The notes below the pieces were generated by a model. It was not told the origin of the DNA and did no database searches. It worked only from the letters and a program-made list of their open reading frames with translations. Below are positions 30,633 through 36,482 of a DNA stretch of 36,482 nucleotides, piece by piece. The stretch is from an uncultured Chroococcidiopsis sp. (GTDB taxonomy: Bacteria > Cyanobacteriota > Cyanobacteriia > Cyanobacteriales > Chroococcidiopsidaceae): NCBI GenBank assembly GCA_964248365.1, contig CAXTYC010000033.1, positions 22,868 through 59,349 on the forward strand. The letters run 5' to 3'. The position numbers were made by a program, and so were the translations under genes. Position 1 is the stretch's first letter. The number at the start of each line of letters is the position of its first letter.

Positions 30633-31202
30633 CTAAAATCTCATTCGGCGATCTGTTGTGCCATTCGCTTTACGCACGGTTCTGACTGTTTGCGGCAGGA
30701 CACCTACTAACAGAGCAAAAGCCTCATCTGGTACTCGCGCGACTGTTTCCGAGTCAAAGTACTGTTCAAATTGCTCAAGAATCTTCTGGACACGTTGCAG
30801 AGAAGAAGGTTTTTCTGTAATTTGTTTCATTAACCGAATCCACTGCCGCCGGATTAGGTAAGCTTTCTGTCTTTCTTCATGAGATTCAGGAGTAATTAAA
30901 GAAAGATTTCCTACTGGTAGCGCTGCTCGACAATCTCGATCGTAAAAACCGCCCACAGATGCCCCAGGTCCTGCAAACTCAGCATGAAAGCGTTTGTAGA
31001 TAATTAAGCCATTCCGCCGACGACTGTTAACCATTAGCACTTGTCCACTATGCAGCAGATGAAGAATTTCCGAAGTATTCTGACCTTCCGAAGGGTTGGT
31101 CATGTCACTAGAGCCATAGGAACTGGTGACACAGATACTGCTGATAGGGGAATCAGCTAATGCTAGAGCAGGTTTGTAATAGTGCCGGATTTTGCTATCC
31201 AT
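30633..31202 (-). CDS. Conserved cyanobacterial hypothetical protein
   Basis: 189 aa ATG ORF with ordered core (NSRRRNGLII...HAEFAGPGA); start uncertain. Confidence 0.7.
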   Translation of the reverse strand: MDSKIRHYYKPALALADSPISSICVTSSYGSSDMTNPSEGQNTSEILHLLHSGQVLMVNSRRRNGLIIYKRFHAEFAGPGASVGGFYDRDCRAALPVGNLSLITPESHEERQKAYLIRRQWIRLMKQITEKPSSLQRVQKILEQFEQYFDSETVARVPDEAFALLVGVLPQTVRTVRKANGTTDRRMRF

Positions 31203-31809
31203 TTGTTTTCCTACTCAACATAAGTTTCCCTTGGTTCGCACATGAAGGAATAGCTGGGAGGAAAATCAAACAGTTTCGCCTTCCCTTACATCAACAAGAT
31301 GACCATCAAGTAAACAAACAAACGCGATCGCACTCATGTTTGACTCATTTTGATTCATATTCTATTTGATTTACCAAAAGCTAATATAAAGTAAGTGTGA
31401 GGTAATTTTAAAGTCTTAATAAAGATAAATTTGTCAATCTTCAATTTTGCTCAGATATGTTGTTTTAAAACTAAAAGTAGCTTAATTTAGGTTAATTTTA
31501 ACTTTTCTTTAGTTGTTTTGGGGAAGAGCAAATTTTTGTAATTTATCTTCAAACTTAATTTCGCTATACTTCTAATAGTTGCCATCCTACGCTAAAAATG
31601 CTAACCGAATAAACAAATAGGGATAACAACTTTTTCAGATTTTGACTTATTATTACGTGGGTTTTAGTAAAAGTACCTATTTAGCCAGGAAACCCACAAA
31701 GATCGACCCACGTCAGAATTGCCCATGCCAGGAAGAAGGGGACGGGGAGAGTGGGACAGTGGGAATCAGGGGAGAATTACCAACTACCAATTACCAATTA
31801 CCAATTGAA

Positions 31810-32463
31810 TTACGCGGTGTGCGTTTTACCCAGGTGTTTATGTAACAACAGCTGTCGAGGTCGTCTTAAAAGCCAAGTACTCCAGCTATTATCAACTTCA
31901 TACAACTTATATCCCAGCTTGAAGTAGAGCTGCCGTGCTGAATGATTGTTTTCCAAAACGTGAAGATAGACATCGCCCAATCCCCAGGATAAGGCAATGC
32001 GCTCACAGCTTAAAAGCAGTTGTGCGGCAACTCCTTGACGACGATAGTTTGGGTGGACAGCCAAATTTGACAAGTAAGGATATTGACCGTTGAGATAATG
32101 ATTTCCAAGGTAAAGATAGTTTGTTCCGCCAATGTGCGATCGCACATTCAATTCTACAGTTCCAACTGGGCGATCGCTATCATAGGAGTTAGCTGCTTCT
32201 GTTGCATGATCCGCATCGAAAGCAACAAGACTTACATGATGTTGTGAATTTGAGCGCAGGCGGTTGCGGATATCTTCATATATTCCCAAACGCAACAGTG
32301 GGTAAGTCCAAGCAAAGATTCCCTCGCGCGAGTGAAAGCTATCAGCAAGGATTTCGGCAATAAAAGCCACATCTTCTAGTTTGGCAGGACGAACTAGCCA
32401 CTGGGAAGAACCATCAGAAGAATTCAATGTGGGTGGTTGGCGATCAGTAGGAGAAAAAAACAA
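31810..32463 (-). CDS. GNAT family N-acetyltransferase
   Basis: YLSNLAVHPNYRRQGVA acetyl-CoA motif, LHVLENNHSARQLYFKLGY; start uncertain. Confidence 0.9.
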   Translation of the reverse strand: MFFSPTDRQPPTLNSSDGSSQWLVRPAKLEDVAFIAEILADSFHSREGIFAWTYPLLRLGIYEDIRNRLRSNSQHHVSLVAFDADHATEAANSYDSDRPVGTVELNVRSHIGGTNYLYLGNHYLNGQYPYLSNLAVHPNYRRQGVAAQLLLSCERIALSWGLGDVYLHVLENNHSARQLYFKLGYKLYEVDNSWSTWLLRRPRQLLLHKHLGKTHTA

Positions 32464-32511
32464 GGATGTAATTTGTAAGATAACCGCACTGTCCCCTATC
32501 CTAAACTATGC

Positions 32512-32622
32512 AGTTACCAGTTACCAGTTATCAGTTACCAGTTACCTGGAGGAACCAGAGGAACCAGAGGAACCAGAGGAACCAGTTACCAATTACCAAC
32601 TACCAACTACCAACTACCAGTT
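32512..32622. repeat. Mixed tandem repeats: GTTACCA heptamers, (GAGGAACCA)x4, ACCAACT heptamers
   Basis: Read directly. Confidence 0.9.
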
Positions 32623-32690
32623 ATGGATCAATATGTTTGCAATTAGGGCGAAATTGTGTTAAAGTAATTAAGTTTGATGTGATGCAGTGT

Positions 32691-32761
32691 GCGGGCATAG
32701 TTTAGTGGTAAAACCTTAGCCTTCCAAGCTAATGATGCGAGTTCGATTCTCGCTGCCCGCT
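32691..32761 (+). tRNA. trnG: tRNA-Gly (TCC)
   Basis: GCGGGCA/TGCCCGC acceptor stem, TAGTGGTA D-loop, TTAGC-CTTCCAA-GCTAA anticodon arm, GTTCGATTC T-loop. Confidence 0.97.
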
Positions 32762-33165
32762 TATTGAGTAAAACCCCAAAAAGCAGTTGATTTTCAGGGG
32801 TTTTCTAATTTAGAATTATCAAGATAAGTAGTACAAAGGATCTAAAATAAACGTTTAGTCCGCAAGACATTATCCTTTTCAAAGAAACTAGATAACCATA
32901 TTGGAGCTATTTGGTATGCGCGTACATCGTTACAACCTATCCTTACTTGTGTAGGACTACCCTAAAACGAACTACTTGCTATAAAGGTGATTTTTTCAGG
33001 GCTTCCCTAGTGCCGTTCTAATCTCCCAATTGTGCCACGATCGCATTTTCATCCGCCTCTTGTGGTGAAGTGATACTATTGAAACAGACACAAAGCAGGC
33101 ACGATATCTCAACAAAGAAATATTGGTCAAATTTTGTGCCACAAACAGCAGTGATTTTTTGGAAG

Positions 33166-33498
33166 GTGCAAAATACTCGTCTTAATAATCTTTTAGATGC
33201 GATCGCCTTACCCCTACGCCAATGGTTTTTCAATCCCTGGCGGCGGTTATCTTTACTGGTAATTAGTCTACTGTTCGGTTTTTTTCTCGGCTCGGCAATT
33301 TCGACTGTAGCTGGACAAGCGGCTGATTGGGATATTATTGGTGCTGGGATCGTAGTGGCACTATGCGAGATTGTTGACCGCATTTATTACAGTCGCCTTG
33401 GGCTTGCAACACGACCGCTTTGGGTAGAAGCATTGAATGCACTCAAAATTGGTCTGACTTATAGCCTATTTCTCGAAGCCTTCAAGCTTGGTTCTTAA
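33166..33498 (+). CDS. ycf20: Ycf20 / DUF565 membrane protein
   Basis: QNTRLN start (GTG 33166), NPWRR, GQAADWD, LNALKIGLTYSLFLEAFKLGS. Confidence 0.88.
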   Translation: MQNTRLNNLLDAIALPLRQWFFNPWRRLSLLVISLLFGFFLGSAISTVAGQAADWDIIGAGIVVALCEIVDRIYYSRLGLATRPLWVEALNALKIGLTYSLFLEAFKLGS

Positions 33499-33690
33499 AA
33501 GGGGGCTTGGGGCTGGGGGCTTGGGGCTAGGGGGAGAGTGGGAGAGTGGGAAAAGGGGAGCACTTTAGCAGGGGAGCACTTTAGCAGGGGTGCACAGGAG
33601 AAAATCTAATCCAAAATCTAAAATCTAAAATCCCCTTTACCCTTCAACCTTTACCCTTTTACCAATTACCAATTACCAATTACCACCTAT

Positions 33691-34779
33691 ATGCAATTGA
33701 CTCCAAATTCATGGCTACGTCAAATTTTGCTGGATGAAGCAGGGGAGTGGCAAAAAATGGCAGCCGAAGCCGCACTTGCAGATACTTTACGCGCGGCATC
33801 TTTTGGTATTACTCCAGAAAATGTTGATGAAGTAATAGCAATGCGATCCCAACTCTTACGTTCTATCTACCCAGCCTTTAGCGATCTGTGTGAAACTACT
33901 CTAAAACTACCACCAACTGATTTATTAGAAACTCTTTGGCATTTGTGGCTACCTCTAGCAACGCAGATAGCATCGATCCGCCAAGCACAACCATCTACTT
34001 TGATTTGGGGAATTTTAGCCGGACAGGGAACGGGTAAAACTACCTTGGGAAAGATTCTTATCCTAATTTTAAAACATTTGGGATACAAGACTATCAGCTT
34101 GTCTTTGGATGATTTATACAAGACTTATAGCGATCGCGTTGCCTTACAAAAACAAGACCCCCGTTTAAGAAGGCGGGGTCCACCTGGAACCCACGATATT
34201 CAACTTGGTTTAACAGTTCTAGACTCTTTGCGTCAACCTGATTTCAATCGCCCGATTCAAATTCCCCGCTTTGATAAATCTGCTTGGGGTGGTGAAGGCG
34301 ATCGCGTCGCGCCTGAAATTGTAGAGAAAGTAGATATTGTACTATTTGAAGGTTGGTTTGTCGGTGTGCGACCAATTGAAAGTGCTAACTTTGACAATGC
34401 ACCACCACCAATCGACACCCCAGGCGATCAAGATTTTGCCCGTGATATGAATACTCGGTTAAAAGATTATTTACCCTTGTGGGAGCGACTAGATCGATTA
34501 ATTTTGCTTTATCCAGTTGATTATCGCCAAAGCCTCTTGTGGCGCAAACAGGCAGAACACCAGATGATTGCTACTGGTAAATCGGGAATGAGTGATGCAC
34601 AAATTGAGCAATTTGTCCAGTATTTTTGGCGAAGTCTCCACCCAGATTTATTTATCAAACCCTTGAGTAAAGATCCTCGTTGGGTTGATTTAGTAATTGA
34701 AATTAATTCAGACCGTTCTATCGGTGCAGTTTATAGACCAGGTGATCTAGGAGCTAGTGGAAGCGCGTGGCTAGAATGA
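33691..34779 (+). CDS. Plant-type D-glycerate 3-kinase family P-loop kinase
   Basis: GQGTGKTT, SLDDLY, RGPPGTHD, IPRFDKS..GEGDR, LFEGWFVG, WRKQAEH. Confidence 0.85.
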   Translation: MQLTPNSWLRQILLDEAGEWQKMAAEAALADTLRAASFGITPENVDEVIAMRSQLLRSIYPAFSDLCETTLKLPPTDLLETLWHLWLPLATQIASIRQAQPSTLIWGILAGQGTGKTTLGKILILILKHLGYKTISLSLDDLYKTYSDRVALQKQDPRLRRRGPPGTHDIQLGLTVLDSLRQPDFNRPIQIPRFDKSAWGGEGDRVAPEIVEKVDIVLFEGWFVGVRPIESANFDNAPPPIDTPGDQDFARDMNTRLKDYLPLWERLDRLILLYPVDYRQSLLWRKQAEHQMIATGKSGMSDAQIEQFVQYFWRSLHPDLFIKPLSKDPRWVDLVIEINSDRSIGAVYRPGDLGASGSAWLE

Positions 34780-34846
34780 GCAGGAGGGAAAAAGAAAAAT
34801 TACATTGGTGCGTTTTACGAATTATTTTGTGTCTAGCTAGCTTAGC

Positions 34847-35056
34847 TTAACGTGCTAGGGCTAAATCACGAATGAGGGAAGTTCTAGAATGAAGATATCC
34901 GCTTATGGTGGTAATTTCATCATTGGTGAGGGGGTTTCTACTGTCAAGCTGATTCAACAACTGCTTGACCAACTCGGTATCACTAAGCCGAAGCAGAACA
35001 CTAGCCTGAGTTTCTTCAATTACAGACCACAGTTGACGAAGAATGTAGGAGTTCAT
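34847..35056 (-). CDS. Small hypothetical protein
   Basis: 69 aa ATG ORF preceded by GAGG; LRQLWSVIEETQ...SLIRDLA resembles a conserved cyanobacterial family. Confidence 0.7.
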   Translation of the reverse strand: MNSYILRQLWSVIEETQASVLLRLSDTELVKQLLNQLDSRNPLTNDEITTISGYLHSRTSLIRDLALAR

Positions 35057-35371
35057 GAGTCATACCTCACTTCTGCATATTTCAGCAGAAATTAATATTT
35101 TCTTTAGATTCTCCTAGAATAACTTAAATTCTTGGTATAGCAACAGAAATTGAAACATTCTGTTTCAATACGGGTAAAGTATAGCTCACCACTGTACGTA
35201 AAATTGTATTTGCCAAATCTTGGTGCTTGATTTGTTGCTAGCAGTCTATGATTTGCGTTTTTTTAGCTTGGCAATAAGCATCTGTTTCGGAACTATCCGT
35301 TTCAGGTGGGTAACTAAACGTTTGTAATAGCGTTTGTGTAGATACCGCAGAGTTTGCCTCAATTTCTGCTG

Positions 35372-35665
35372 CTACCTGCGCTCTTTGTGCATCAGTGTTT
35401 GCATCGCGTAGTCGTTCAAAATTGCGCTTTGCTTCCTCACGCGCTTAGCAATTAGTTGAAACCTTTGCAAGTTGTCTGCATCACCAGGCACATCTTCGTC
35501 ATCAACTGTCGGAGCAAAATTTTCTGCCAGTTCTCTTAGAGGATTTACTTTTTGCAAGAATTCATTAGCCCTCGTGTGATCCTCATAACTTATCGGACGA
35601 CCTTGCAAGTAAAGCTGGTACAACACGAACACCAGATTTCTCTGAAGGTGTGCATTGAAGCCCAA
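35372..35665 (-). CDS. Possible hypothetical protein or gene fragment
   Basis: 97 aa ORF in otherwise empty space with plausible composition; TTG start, no motif recognised. Confidence 0.35.
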   Translation of the reverse strand: MGFNAHLQRNLVFVLYQLYLQGRPISYEDHTRANEFLQKVNPLRELAENFAPTVDDEDVPGDADNLQRFQLIAKRVRKQSAILNDYAMQTLMHKERR

Positions 35666-35723
35666 AAGTAAAATGAAGATATGTTAAGGTTGGCGCAATT
35701 CCTTAGATTTTAGGCAAAAACCT

Positions 35724-36390
35724 ATGTTGGCTGCAATATTATACGACTTAGATGGAACCATTGTCAATACGGATTCGTTACACTATCAAGCTTGGCAAGA
35801 ACTTTTACAAGAATACGAGATTGAGATTGATGAAGAGTTCTACAAAAGCCAGATGAGTGGGCGACTCAATCGGTGATATTGTCCAAGAACTGCTACCACA
35901 ACTATCTCTAGAAGCTGTGCAAGAGTTTAGCGATCGCAAAGAAGCACGTTTCCGAGAATTAGCACTTTTTCTCACTCCCCTACCTGGACTATTAAACATA
36001 ATTACCTGGGCAAATGCACATGGTTGCAAACAAGCCGTAGTTACCAATGCTCCCCGCGTAAATGCAGAATATATGCTGAGAGTTTTGCATTTGCAAGACA
36101 AGTTTGATCGGGTAGTCATCGCTGAAGACATCGGCATACCTAAACCTGATCCTGCTCCATATCTGCATACTCTCGCAAAATTTGGGATAAATCCAGAGCA
36201 AGCAATAGCTTTTGAAGATTCCCCCGCTGGTATCCGTGCTGCGGTTGGCGCTGGTATACCCACTGTTGGTATTGCCTCCACTCAAGAGCCAGGTAAACTT
36301 TATGATTTAGGAGCAATGTTAGTTATTCCTGATTTCACAGATGCGCAGCTATGGGAATTACTGAAGGTTCCTCAGTCAGTGCCTTACTAA
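35724..36390 (+). pseudogene. HAD-family phosphatase (CbbY/beta-PGM-like) with one frameshift
   Basis: ATG 35724 gives MLAAILYDLDGT (motif I), stop at 35874-35876; +1 frame continues with VTNA, PKPDP, FEDSPAGI. Confidence 0.85.
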
Positions 36391-36482
36391 AGTCGTAACT
36401 TACAAGCTTGAGCCAATATCGATCACGGTTTATCGTTTGTCTGCTGAATTAGTTTGGCGACGAGGGCAGTCCATCCTGTTTG

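Noticed and set aside
32381..32705. ORFs 32381-32662 and 32508-32705
   Set aside because: Translations of tandem repeats (LPVTSYQ, EEPEEP) overlapping the GNAT start or the tRNA
32762..33010. Integrated element at the tRNA-Gly 3' end
   Set aside because: Only a weak AAAACCCC..GGGGTTTT inverted repeat; no integrase and no duplicated tRNA 3' end seen in the window

Overview
Cyanobacterial chromosomal window (abundant HIP1 GCGATCGC sites, heptamer STRR tracts and short palindromic dispersed repeats between genes). Housekeeping flanks: DUF3386-like gene, nfuA, GH57, lptA-lptB-lptF/G, DUF309, ftrC and typA on the left; two tandem glutathione reductases, an esterase, hisC, a GNAT, tRNA-Gly(TCC), ycf20, a plant-type glycerate kinase and a frameshifted HAD gene on the right. 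The middle (about 10.2-24.8 kb) is accessory and partly decaying. It holds (i) a duplicated module of an unknown ORF and a divergent XRE-HTH gene separated by a HIP1-stem hairpin; (ii) an aldo/keto reductase, two SDRs and a SnoaL-like gene, the last three with twin-arginine-like leaders and disrupted, divergent from an HTH-NB-ARC-WD40 (STAND) gene; (iii) an M42 peptidase; and (iv) a pPIWI-RE (divergent prokaryotic Argonaute-family) gene downstream of the C-terminal half of its partner helicase, with no REase visible. An ORF-free stretch downstream of the gor pair (about 27865-28110, minus strand) looks like an unannotated structured RNA. All family calls come from motif recognition by eye; no database search was run.
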